Assembly (NCBI GenBank): GCA_021790235.1
Contig: JAJYID010000003.1
Coordinates: forward strand, 20,038-84,037
DNA: 64,000 nucleotides
From: a bacterium
GTDB lineage: Bacteria > Patescibacteriota > CPR2 > UBA1875 > JAJYID01
Direction: 5' to 3'
Shown here piece by piece: positions 8,092-17,285 of this stretch. The notes below the pieces were generated by a model. It did not search any database and was not told where the DNA came from. It saw only the letters and a program-made list of their open reading frames with translations. The first letter of the stretch is position 1. Each line of letters starts with the position of its first letter. A program made the position numbers and the translations under genes.

Positions 8092-9807
8092 TCACTTGTC
8101 GTACTCATAGTAAAGAATGCGTTGATCTCTGGGTGACGGTATAGCGGTCAGAGATCTTTTAAAGCCGATTTTTCTAAGTTCCTTTAAGGCATCATTCTCC
8201 CAATCCTTTTCAATATATATTTTATAATGATCTGCTGGCAGTTTCAAATCTTTTATGCCACTAACCTCCAATCTTTCAATATCCGGTTTTGTGGAGTAAG
8301 TGATAAATTGAATAGTCTTTGATCCGTATTCGCCCGCAATGAGAATAATTTTTTCGCCCTTTGGTTGAGTATTGATATCATAAGCCATTTGCACCATATC
8401 TTCAGCATAAGCATCTCCTGCTTCGGCATAGCTTGGGAACTTCACGAAGTATTTATAGAATCCGGCCGCTCCCGAAATGATTAAAATCAGAGTTGTACCA
8501 ATATAAAGAGTTTGGCTTGGTTTAATTTGTTTAATCCTAGATAAAACCCACTCAAGTCCTAGAGCAGACCACACAAAAACGACCGGGATTACTCCAACCA
8601 TGCGAAGAGCGTGGGGAATGCCGTCTGATGTTAAGAGCTCTGGCAACGATAGTATCGGAAACCAAACTAGAAGGATAAAATACTCAAGCTTTTTGAATCT
8701 TATCAGGCTAATAGCAACTCCAACCCACATTAAGATTCCAATAAAAATATCAAGCATTGGCTCGCCGGCCACATTCTGCCTGAAATTTTGGTCGCCTGAA
8801 AAATTAAACATACCTATGGTTTTCACTGAGTTTGAAACAAATGCGCCGATTGCGCTACCGCCGTTTGTGACCGGATTAAAAATACTGGTTGAAGAACGAG
8901 CCACCAGATCTGCTGGAACGTGAACAAAATGAATGAGCAGAGGTATCATGATCACTATTGTAGCAACTATAAGATAACCGATTTTTTTGAGATTTTTTCG
9001 GAAAAATCCGCGATCGGTAAAAAATATATAAACTAAAATCGCAAACAAAACCAGCGGGGTAACTCTGAAAGATAGATATGTATAAAATCCAAGAGCCAGG
9101 GACACACCGGCGCCCAGATAATCCCTGGTTTGTCCATTTCTTAAGGCGCGAATAATAAAATAAAAAAGAAATATCAAAGCTAGCGGCGCCATAATAGCCC
9201 GAAAACCGTTCCTGGAAAATTGGATATGCCAGGCGCTTACAGCCAAGGCGGCGGCGGCAAACGTGCCGACATTTTTATTAAAGAGTTCTTTACCTAAAAG
9301 ATAAATCCCCCAAACTGTCAGTACTCCAATGATTGCCGGTGCGATGCGCAGCGATAAAGGCGTGAAATTGATGGCGGCAATATGAAAGACATGCCCAATC
9401 CAAACCGGTATTGCCTGCAGATAGAAAAAAAGCGCTTCTCTGGGACCGTTGGTATCATAGATTGCCGCGAACTTATGCGCATCAAACATACTTATAATAT
9501 CAAGACCGTTCGCGGCTTCATCCGGATGAAGCCCCGGCGGTAATGTACCTAGTTTATAGAATCTTAGAAAAGTGGCAGCTAAAAGGATTAAAGTTAATAT
9601 CCAATTTTCTCCGAGAAGCCTATAGCCTAAAACTACTGGCCGCGATTTCTTCAGTTTTATCAAAGGTGAAGATTGGTTTGGAGTTTTAATCTCACTATCT
9701 TGGTTAGGAAGACCTCGCAGACTGGATTTTTCTACTGAAAATTCTTGTTTCTTTTGTACATCTGAAGCTGATCTTTTATTGATTTTTAATTTTATTTTTC
9801 CTATCAT
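8092..9807 (-). CDS. GT-C fold membrane glycosyltransferase (ArnT/PMT-like), paralog 2
   Basis: PPGLHPDEAANGLD first-loop motif, more than 10 TM segments and a soluble C-terminal domain. Confidence 0.75.
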   Translation of the reverse strand: MIGKIKLKINKRSASDVQKKQEFSVEKSSLRGLPNQDSEIKTPNQSSPLIKLKKSRPVVLGYRLLGENWILTLILLAATFLRFYKLGTLPPGLHPDEAANGLDIISMFDAHKFAAIYDTNGPREALFFYLQAIPVWIGHVFHIAAINFTPLSLRIAPAIIGVLTVWGIYLLGKELFNKNVGTFAAAALAVSAWHIQFSRNGFRAIMAPLALIFLFYFIIRALRNGQTRDYLGAGVSLALGFYTYLSFRVTPLVLFAILVYIFFTDRGFFRKNLKKIGYLIVATIVIMIPLLIHFVHVPADLVARSSTSIFNPVTNGGSAIGAFVSNSVKTIGMFNFSGDQNFRQNVAGEPMLDIFIGILMWVGVAISLIRFKKLEYFILLVWFPILSLPELLTSDGIPHALRMVGVIPVVFVWSALGLEWVLSRIKQIKPSQTLYIGTTLILIISGAAGFYKYFVKFPSYAEAGDAYAEDMVQMAYDINTQPKGEKIILIAGEYGSKTIQFITYSTKPDIERLEVSGIKDLKLPADHYKIYIEKDWENDALKELRKIGFKRSLTAIPSPRDQRILYYEYDK

Positions 9808-9809
9808 CT

Positions 9810-10259
9810 CTACCCTCCTACCTTACATGACGTTGAGCCCTCTATAGTTACAGAATAAAATTCTATGTTAGTCCCCTGATTTAATGTCATTCCTTGACCA
9901 TTATTTTTTTGAATAAAGGCTTTAATTGTATTATCAGACTTTTCATAAATCAATATTGTCTGACCGTTAGAGCAGTTCAAACTTTTTAGATTATCTTCAT
10001 TGATAAAATGAACCTTGTTTTCGAAGAAGCTTTTTGCTGAAGAATTATTCTGCACAATGAAGTACAAATGATCTGAGCTGGGTTTAGTCCTAACATAAGC
10101 ATACATTTCAGAGTACTTAGCACCATTCTTCAAAAGCTTTTGCTTGAACATATTATAGGTCGAGTTGTCAAAAAATACAAAAACTAAAACCAAAACAAAA
10201 ACTGCCAATAAAAATTTAATCAGATTTTTGGTTTTATTTTGCAAGTGAATATTTGCCAC
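9810..10259 (-). CDS. hypothetical N-terminally anchored extracytoplasmic protein (149 aa)
   Basis: A single N-terminal TM helix followed by a beta-rich domain. GTG start overlaps the GT2 3' end by 26 nt, and the stop lies 2 nt before the next gene (operon member). Confidence 0.55.
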   Translation of the reverse strand: MANIHLQNKTKNLIKFLLAVFVLVLVFVFFDNSTYNMFKQKLLKNGAKYSEMYAYVRTKPSSDHLYFIVQNNSSAKSFFENKVHFINEDNLKSLNCSNGQTILIYEKSDNTIKAFIQKNNGQGMTLNQGTNIEFYSVTIEGSTSCKVGG

Positions 10260-11082
10260 TTAGTTTGTTCCATCTTATTTTAAATATTTCGAGGAATGTC
10301 TTTAAAGAGTTGCCAAGTGTGATATTTGTGTCATCAGCATCATCGTACCAACGGACAGGTATTTCTATGATACGCAGATTATATTTCTTAGCGATTACTA
10401 AAATTTCTGTATCAAAACCAAAACCTGGCAGTGTTTGCAGATCGAAAATTTTCTTGGCAGCCTCACTTGTATACGCTTTGAATCCACATCTAGTGTCTGC
10501 AAAGCTTTGGCCGAGTAAAACAACAAAAGTTAGATTACCGCCACGAGAAATTAGTTGTCTTAACCGTCCTTGTTTTTTTATTGTTGTGTTGCTTTTGGAA
10601 TAACCATATATTAAGACCTCAAAAACTTCTCTTAGAGCCTTACCAAACGCTTTCCATGTACTATTCGTGGCGGGAAGTGGTTTTTTAGTATACCTTGAAC
10701 CCATAACGATATCATAACCTTTATCAAAAAAAGGTAGAAGTTTATCAATCTCACTAAATGGCGTGGATGAGTCGGCGTCCATAAACATTTTGATTCTGCC
10801 TTTTGCGAACGCCATACCACATTTTACTGCAGCACCCTTTCCTGTAAAATGCGGGCCAATTTCTAAATCTTGCTCATGTAAAATCTGCAGATATTGAAGT
10901 TTGCCTTTAAACTTTTCCGCTACCTCGGCGCTTCCATCGGTGGAATCACCATCAACAAATACTACTTCTGTATTGAAATTGAGCTTCTTAGAATGTCCAT
11001 AAATATCATTTAATGTTTTGTTCACTCGATTAGCCTGGTTTTTACAAGGGATTACAATTGATAAATAAATATCTTCTGCCAT
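10234..11082 (-). CDS. GT2 polyprenyl-phosphate glycosyltransferase (GtrB/ArnC/Dpm1-like)
   Basis: LSIVIPCKN..VFVDGDSTDGS..FMDADSSTP (DxD-type) is the GT-A family 2 pattern. Confidence 0.85.
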   Translation of the reverse strand: MAEDIYLSIVIPCKNQANRVNKTLNDIYGHSKKLNFNTEVVFVDGDSTDGSAEVAEKFKGKLQYLQILHEQDLEIGPHFTGKGAAVKCGMAFAKGRIKMFMDADSSTPFSEIDKLLPFFDKGYDIVMGSRYTKKPLPATNSTWKAFGKALREVFEVLIYGYSKSNTTIKKQGRLRQLISRGGNLTFVVLLGQSFADTRCGFKAYTSEAAKKIFDLQTLPGFGFDTEILVIAKKYNLRIIEIPVRWYDDADDTNITLGNSLKTFLEIFKIRWNKLSGKYSLAK

Positions 11083-11086
11083 AATT

Positions 11087-12637
11087 TTACTCTCCTTTTA
11101 TAAGAGCAAGGTCAGCTCCGTATGTTGAATTTAAGTTTTTATTTTTCATTTTTGATTTTACTTCAAAAAGTCTTTCAGGGGAAGTTAATAAAATAAATTT
11201 GTCCGGATTTTCTATTTTTTTGAGGCTGTCAATCTCTATCAGTTTGTTGTTGCCCCCATTTTTCAAAATAGATTCGAGAGCTTGTTCTGTAAGACCTGTT
11301 TTATATAGATAAATTGGGTTGTTGCCAAAGCTCATTGAGGCAACCTTTGTATTATAGACATACTGTCTTTCAGGGTATTTTTGCCAAGCTATAAAAACTT
11401 TTTGGTAATTATACGTAAGAGCCAAGGAAAACATAAACCCGATGCCTAAAACCATTGTGATCCTTGCAAATTTGTTAAAAGGGAATGTTTTAAACCATTT
11501 CTCTAAAACAAATGTCTGGATTCGTGCTGACAAGATAAAAATAATCGGTAATATATAAATGAAGCTAGCCAGAGTAAAATCTTTTTCAAAAAATATAATT
11601 AGAGTTAGGATAGCCAGCCATGAGATTATAAAATAGAACTTACGCCTTTTAATCCTTAGACAGGCATATGTCAAACCAGCCAGAAAAGTTAAAAGAACGA
11701 AGGGATCGAAAATCCTGTCTGTGGAAAGTGTATACAGATAATTTCTTGGTGCAGAAAAGAGCAAAGAAGAAAAGAAAAGATTGATATTATATAAGATTAG
11801 GCTGGGTTTTAAGGTAAAGTGAGACAAAAAAATATTTGGGTTCCTTATATTTACATAAAGATAAGGTATAGCTACTATTATACCGCTAGAGAGCGCCAGT
11901 ATTTTTTCCTTAATGAAGGATTTAAAAAAGAGACTATTTTTTCTATAAAAATAGATTAAAGAGATCAATAGCAGAATAGCTAGTGTGAAGGTGATGGCAC
12001 TTGCATAAAACGCAATACCAAACAAAAGTCCTGATAAAACAAAGTAAAGTTTTCTTTTCTGCCTGTAGGCAAGAGTAAGAGTGTGAAAAGCAAAGATCAC
12101 AAGAGAAAAATATAATATTTCATGAGAGATAGCGCGAGAAATGAAAATATAGTAACTTGAGATAGATAAAAGAAATGCAGCAATATATGCTAAACGCCTA
12201 TTAAACCATTCTTCGGTAAATTTAAAAAATATATAAAGGCCAAAAATTCCAAGAAAGACTGAGAATATTCTCATATTTGTAAGCGAAAATCCAAAGAAAC
12301 GGCCCCAAATATTCTGCAAAAAATAATAAAGATTTGTAGAGACATCTTGATTAAAAAAGTTTGCCGGATTTGACATTAAAAAGACGCGATCGACATTTTT
12401 TAGTTCAACTGCGCTTATTCCTAGACTTCCGATATCATAGAGCCTAGTTAAAAAAGCAAAAACAAGTATAACCCAGAGATATGAAGGTTTAAAAAGTAAA
12501 ACTTTCAGTTTCGACAATAAAGTACCTACCGAAAGCCTTGGATTTTTTATCACTCCAGAAGAGGGTTCTCTTGTTTTCGGAATGCCGGAATCTTTACTCC
12601 TTTTTCTTGTTTCCTTTATCTTGGAGAGTGTTTTCAT
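11087..12637 (-). CDS. GT-C fold membrane glycosyltransferase (ArnT/PMT-like), paralog 3
   Basis: Polytopic membrane protein with the same overall architecture as the other two. It is more divergent, so the call rests on topology and context. Confidence 0.6.
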   Translation of the reverse strand: MKTLSKIKETRKRSKDSGIPKTREPSSGVIKNPRLSVGTLLSKLKVLLFKPSYLWVILVFAFLTRLYDIGSLGISAVELKNVDRVFLMSNPANFFNQDVSTNLYYFLQNIWGRFFGFSLTNMRIFSVFLGIFGLYIFFKFTEEWFNRRLAYIAAFLLSISSYYIFISRAISHEILYFSLVIFAFHTLTLAYRQKRKLYFVLSGLLFGIAFYASAITFTLAILLLISLIYFYRKNSLFFKSFIKEKILALSSGIIVAIPYLYVNIRNPNIFLSHFTLKPSLILYNINLFFSSLLFSAPRNYLYTLSTDRIFDPFVLLTFLAGLTYACLRIKRRKFYFIISWLAILTLIIFFEKDFTLASFIYILPIIFILSARIQTFVLEKWFKTFPFNKFARITMVLGIGFMFSLALTYNYQKVFIAWQKYPERQYVYNTKVASMSFGNNPIYLYKTGLTEQALESILKNGGNNKLIEIDSLKKIENPDKFILLTSPERLFEVKSKMKNKNLNSTYGADLALIKGE

Positions 12638-12648
12638 CTCTTTTTGGC

Positions 12649-13290
12649 TTATTTTACCACAGAGTTTGCCATCTGTTTCTTGGGTTTCACGAAGACTATC
12701 AGTTTATAGCCGAAAAAGTTCCATAACATGGTGATGATAAATGCTATTGCTGCACCTACATTCGCCAAAATTTTAGGACTTAAACTCATCATGTTTTTAC
12801 CAAAGAAAACGATCAAAGTAGCTACAATAACATTTATTATAAATCCGCCTACACTAACTGTAACAAATCTAGCGAATTCTTTTTCTTGTCTGATTCCGCC
12901 TTTAATATGAGATTCAAAAACCCAATGTTTGTTCCAAAAATAAGAGTTTATCACAGCCACCGTGAAAGAGGTTCCTTTAAATATTGAATAAAAAATGCCA
13001 CCAGATAAACCTGTAAATAAAATCAGCAAGTTTAGAACACCAAGATCTACAAAAGTATTTAGACCGCCGGTTTCCGCAAATTTAATAAACTGATAGAGAT
13101 TTTGTGATTTTTTGCCAATCAAACGCGCAACAAAAATACCGATAGGCGGTAAGACAAACAAAGCAACTGCTACGGCCACATAAATTGATGGACTTTTTAG
13201 CCCGAAGTTGTTAACCATGATCACAGATAAAGCCGCTGCAACAGCACCTATAATAAGAGAAGCTAAGTAATCTTTTTTTACGTTGTCCAT
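12649..13290 (-). CDS. GtrA-family membrane protein (putative polyprenyl-P-sugar flippase) with extra N-terminal TM helices
   Basis: C-terminal part shows the GtrA pattern (NTFVDLGVLNLLI..WNKHWVF..). It is the first gene of the glycosylation operon. Confidence 0.75.
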   Translation of the reverse strand: MDNVKKDYLASLIIGAVAAALSVIMVNNFGLKSPSIYVAVAVALFVLPPIGIFVARLIGKKSQNLYQFIKFAETGGLNTFVDLGVLNLLILFTGLSGGIFYSIFKGTSFTVAVINSYFWNKHWVFESHIKGGIRQEKEFARFVTVSVGGFIINVIVATLIVFFGKNMMSLSPKILANVGAAIAFIITMLWNFFGYKLIVFVKPKKQMANSVVK

Positions 13291-13466
13291 TTTACCCTTT
13301 CGAGATACTCCGAAAATGGAGATTCCTTTTTATTTTTATTATTTACAGAAATTTTATCAGAAATATCAACCATAAACAACAACCTTTTAGATAAATGAGT
13401 ATTAGTTTAATTTACATATTTTAGAAACGGGTTTCTTGAAACTATTGGTATTCGAAATAATAATAT

Positions 13467-14807
13467 TTAATTTGAAGCGTGTCTTTTGTCAATACTTCTG
13501 AATGCTGTTTGTTCTTGGTGAAAAAAGAGGTTAACACTGCCTACGGGGCCGTTTCTATGTTTTCTAATAATCACTTCTGAAATTCCCTTTTTCTCCGTTT
13601 CCGGATTATAAAGCTCATCACGATAGATAAACATGACAACATCTGCATCTTGTTCAATAGAACCAGATTCTCTTAGATCTGAAAGAATCGGCCGCTTATC
13701 CGGTCTGGCCTCTACAGCCCTGGATAGCTGTGAGAGAGCGATAATAGGAACTGACAACTCTCTGGCTAGCCCTTTAAGGGATCTGGAAATTTCTGATATT
13801 TCCTGAACACGATTTTCGCTGTTTCTGCCCTGCATTAACTGGAGATAATCAACTATCACAAGTCCAAGGCCCTTCTCTGCCTGTAGTCGTCTGGCCTTGG
13901 TGCGCATTTCCAGGACGTTAATGAGAGGCGAATCATCAATAAAAAAAGGGGCTTCAGATAATGCGGCCATCGCCCGACCGATTTTTGGAAAATCATCATC
14001 ATCAAGATTACCGGTTCTAAGTTTCCAGCTGTCTATTTTAGCTTCTGATGCGAGTAACCTATCCACTAGCTGCTCCTTGGACATTTCCAGTGAGAAGAGA
14101 GCGGTTGGAATCCCTTCGTTCCGTGTGACATGTTGCGCAATGTTTAAAGCTAGTGAGGTTTTCCCGACTGAGGGCCTTGCCGCCAATATAATCAGATCGC
14201 TGGGCTGCAGCCCAGCCAATATATTGTCAAGCTCTTTGAAGCCGGTGGGAACGCCACGGAGTTTATCTTTATCTTTATGAAGTTCATCGATTCTTTCAAA
14301 TGATTCTTCCAGAATACTTTTTATCGCAATAAATTTGCCTTTCAGGTGGTTTTCGGCGACTTTAAAGATTTTTTGCTCTGCTTTATCTAAAACTCTGGAA
14401 GTTTCCTCTTTTTCTTCATAGGCAAGATTTGCAATATCATTTGATGATTCTATCAGCTTTCGAAGAAGTGCTTTGTCAACGACAATTTTCGCATAGTGGA
14501 TAATATTTGCAGAAGATGGAACTGAGTTTGCAAGATCGGAAATATAAGCTGCTCCGCCGACTGAATTTATAATCTTCTTTTCTCTCAGTTTATTTGTCAA
14601 GGTAACCAGATCTATTGGCTGATGATGTTCAAAAAGCTCAAGCATATTTGTATAGATAAGCCTGTGAGCATCATTATAAAAATCCTCGGCATTTAAAATA
14701 TCAGCGATTTTCAAAATTGCATCTTTTTCAAGCAAAATCGAACCTAGGACCGATACTTCAGCTTCTTCATTTTGAGGTGGTGTTCGCCCCTGCAAACTTT
14801 CAGCCAT
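13467..14807 (-). CDS. dnaB: replicative DNA helicase DnaB
   Basis: PQNEEAEVSVLGSILL N-terminus, Walker A ARPSVGKTS, and the ..IVDYLQLM.. and SQLSR blocks. Confidence 0.96.
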   Translation of the reverse strand: MAESLQGRTPPQNEEAEVSVLGSILLEKDAILKIADILNAEDFYNDAHRLIYTNMLELFEHHQPIDLVTLTNKLREKKIINSVGGAAYISDLANSVPSSANIIHYAKIVVDKALLRKLIESSNDIANLAYEEKEETSRVLDKAEQKIFKVAENHLKGKFIAIKSILEESFERIDELHKDKDKLRGVPTGFKELDNILAGLQPSDLIILAARPSVGKTSLALNIAQHVTRNEGIPTALFSLEMSKEQLVDRLLASEAKIDSWKLRTGNLDDDDFPKIGRAMAALSEAPFFIDDSPLINVLEMRTKARRLQAEKGLGLVIVDYLQLMQGRNSENRVQEISEISRSLKGLARELSVPIIALSQLSRAVEARPDKRPILSDLRESGSIEQDADVVMFIYRDELYNPETEKKGISEVIIRKHRNGPVGSVNLFFHQEQTAFRSIDKRHASN

Positions 14808-14846
14808 ATTATATTCTCCTATCCCTCCTCTAATAATTTTAAATAT

Positions 14847-16346
14847 CTAAACGAGTTCTCCTCCCAAGACGTCTAAAACTTCATTGAGATTTATATCATT
14901 ATTTTTTTCTTTATCTAACTCAAAGTTTTCTTTGACGGGTTCCTTCTTTGACTCTGGTCTGTTTTTTACTTCACCAACTTTACAAATAATTTTATATTTG
15001 ATGCCGCTGACCTTGTTTATGGCTTCTTCAACAACCTTTTTATTTTTTCTGTCTTCAATCCTTTCTTTATGAAATTTATATGGAAAAATAAGATGAATTT
15101 CCTCACCTACTATAACCGGCTCTGACTCTTTGACAAAAGCGTGGATCGAGTTGTTTTTGGACTTAATTTCAAGCAATATTTCATGCCATTGAAACTCCGG
15201 ATTATCTTTTTTTTCAAAACTCCTCTTATCCTTAGGCATATTGCTTATTTTCTCCGAAATTTGCTGACTACCATTACTATTAATATTTTCTTTTGCAGCT
15301 TCGAGAATATCTCCATCTAAGATATTCATAATTTTTAAAACGGCGACTTCAAGCGACAGCTGCGGGTATAAGGCATATTTAAAGGCTATATTTGACTTAC
15401 TCAATATCTCAACTGCGGCAATATATTTTGATAGTTTTTCTTTATCATCGAGTTCTTTTTTCATAGATTTTTGGTAGCTAACCAGTAATCCTTTTGTCAA
15501 CTGTCCAATATCTGCTCCTTGCTCTAACAGTTCTGATAAAAAATCTAACGCATTTTTCTTCTCACTAGTTTCAATCATATTAAAGAGTTTTTCTATTTTG
15601 TCACTGCCGACTAATCCAAGTAGCCCGGCTATGTCATCTTTTCCTATTTTTTTCTTGCTGCCTGTGTGCGTAGAAATCTGGTCAAGTATCGAGATAGCGT
15701 CGCGAAAACCGCCTTCACTTGCCCGGACAATCACAGAAGTTGCTTCATCATCAATCTCAATTTCCTCTTTCTTGGCAATATTAGTAAGTCCTTTTATAAG
15801 CTCAGTATCAGATATTCTTTGAAAATCAAAACGCTGACATCTGGAGATGACCGTTGCCGGAATTTTATGAATCTCAGTCGTAGCCATTATAAAAAGCGCG
15901 TGTTCCGGCGGTTCCTCAAGGGTCTTTAGAAGTGCATTAAAGGCTTCCTTAGTCAGCATATGCACTTCGTCAATAATGAAAACTTTATATTTGAGTTCGC
16001 TTGGAGAAAACTTAACTTTTTCCCGCAGATCCCGAATCTCGTCAATTCCGCGGTTTGATGCTGCATCGATTTCTATAATATCCAAAGCTGTCTGCTCGTT
16101 TATTGATTTGCAAGCTTCACATCTATTACAAGGATTTCCATCTTTTGGGTTTTTACAGTTGACCGCTTTTGCCATAATCCTCGCCACCGAAGTTTTACCG
16201 ATGCCTCTTGGTCCGCAGAAAATATAAGCATGCGAAAAACTTGAAGATTTAACGGCATTTTCCAATATCTTCATAGCTGATGCCTGGCCCAAAACCTCAT
16301 TGAAGTTTTGCGGCCTGTATTTTCTATATAGCGCCACTCTTGTCAA
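14847..16346 (-). CDS. dnaX: DNA polymerase III subunit gamma/tau
   Basis: YRPQNFNEVLGQ, GPRGIGKTS, zinc module CNRCEACKS, DEVHML, SRCQRF. TTG start. Confidence 0.95.
   Translation of the reverse strand: MTRVALYRKYRPQNFNEVLGQASAMKILENAVKSSSFSHAYIFCGPRGIGKTSVARIMAKAVNCKNPKDGNPCNRCEACKSINEQTALDIIEIDAASNRGIDEIRDLREKVKFSPSELKYKVFIIDEVHMLTKEAFNALLKTLEEPPEHALFIMATTEIHKIPATVISRCQRFDFQRISDTELIKGLTNIAKKEEIEIDDEATSVIVRASEGGFRDAISILDQISTHTGSKKKIGKDDIAGLLGLVGSDKIEKLFNMIETSEKKNALDFLSELLEQGADIGQLTKGLLVSYQKSMKKELDDKEKLSKYIAAVEILSKSNIAFKYALYPQLSLEVAVLKIMNILDGDILEAAKENINSNGSQQISEKISNMPKDKRSFEKKDNPEFQWHEILLEIKSKNNSIHAFVKESEPVIVGEEIHLIFPYKFHKERIEDRKNKKVVEEAINKVSGIKYKIICKVGEVKNRPESKKEPVKENFELDKEKNNDINLNEVLDVLGGELV
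15204..15227 (-). other. candidate -1 frameshift / transcriptional slippage site in dnaX (A8 run, upstream SD-like AAGAGGAG)
   Basis: mRNA reads AAGAGGAG-UUUU-GAA-AAA-AAA-GAU-AA. The -1 frame after the A run reads AGA UAA (stop). Confidence 0.4.
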
Positions 16347-16508
16347 GATAAAATCCTTTCTTTTGTTCTAAGGTAAATACAGTATAAACCTTATTTTAAT
16401 CAAGTTTAAGGGCGATTTGTGTGGTTTAGATGTTCATAAATCAGATTTTTCTGTGGACAAAGGATTTTGTATACTTTTATTTTCCTAAAAACCATATAGA
16501 CTAAAACT

Positions 16509-17285
16509 ATGAAACAAAAAATCATCAAAACAAAGGCCAAAGAAATCTTTACAAAGACAAATCTGCCGGGGGCTGACTATGTTATAAACCAGTATATCGG
16601 GTGCTCTCATGGCTGCACATATTGCTATGCCAGATTTATATCAAGATGGAAAGGACACGGTAACTGGGGTACGTGGATAGAAACAAAAATAAATGCACCG
16701 GATCTAGTGAGGGGTAGGAAGATTTCCGGAAAAGTATTTATGAGTTCTGTGAGCGATGCATATCAGCCAGCTGAAAAAGAGCTAATGCTTACACAGAGAA
16801 TCCTAGAAAATCTGGATAAGAGCACACAGCTTTCTATACTTACAAAATCAGATCTGATCTTAAGAGACATAGATTTATTGAAGCAGTTTAAAAATATTGA
16901 AGTTGGTTTCACTGTTAACTCGTTTAAAGGTAAGAGGAGAAACTTATTTGAACCGAGCTCTCCAGATACTTTGAGGCGTATCATGGCAATGAAAGAGTTG
17001 AAAAAACATGGTATTAAAACTTTCGCTTTTGTTAGTCCAATTATCCCCGAACTTTTTGACTTAAGCGAAGTGGTTAAAAATACTAGAGACTTTGCAGACT
17101 ATTTTTGGTTTGAGTTTATTAACCTAAGAGGCGCAGGGAAAGAGTTTAAAGAGATATTAAGTCATAATTATCCTGAAAGCCTAAAGACAATACAAGATAA
17201 ACAAAAGGTTAACCTTTATATACAAAATATTGTTTCTGAAGTTCGAAAATCTGGTGTGAAAATCAAAGGTATTGAGATACATTAA
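16509..17285 (+). CDS. radical SAM protein, SplB/COG1533-like (DNA-repair-photolyase-like family)
   Basis: INQYIGCSHGCTYCYAR CxxxCxxC cluster near the N-terminus, with size and layout of the SPL-like family. Confidence 0.75.
   Translation: MKQKIIKTKAKEIFTKTNLPGADYVINQYIGCSHGCTYCYARFISRWKGHGNWGTWIETKINAPDLVRGRKISGKVFMSSVSDAYQPAEKELMLTQRILENLDKSTQLSILTKSDLILRDIDLLKQFKNIEVGFTVNSFKGKRRNLFEPSSPDTLRRIMAMKELKKHGIKTFAFVSPIIPELFDLSEVVKNTRDFADYFWFEFINLRGAGKEFKEILSHNYPESLKTIQDKQKVNLYIQNIVSEVRKSGVKIKGIEIH

Noticed and set aside
16347-16508. SRP RNA (ffs) or DnaA-box cluster upstream of dnaX
   Set aside because: ffs often precedes dnaX, but no GGAAGCAGC-type domain IV motif is present. Only one imperfect DnaA-box-like TGTGGACAA was seen.
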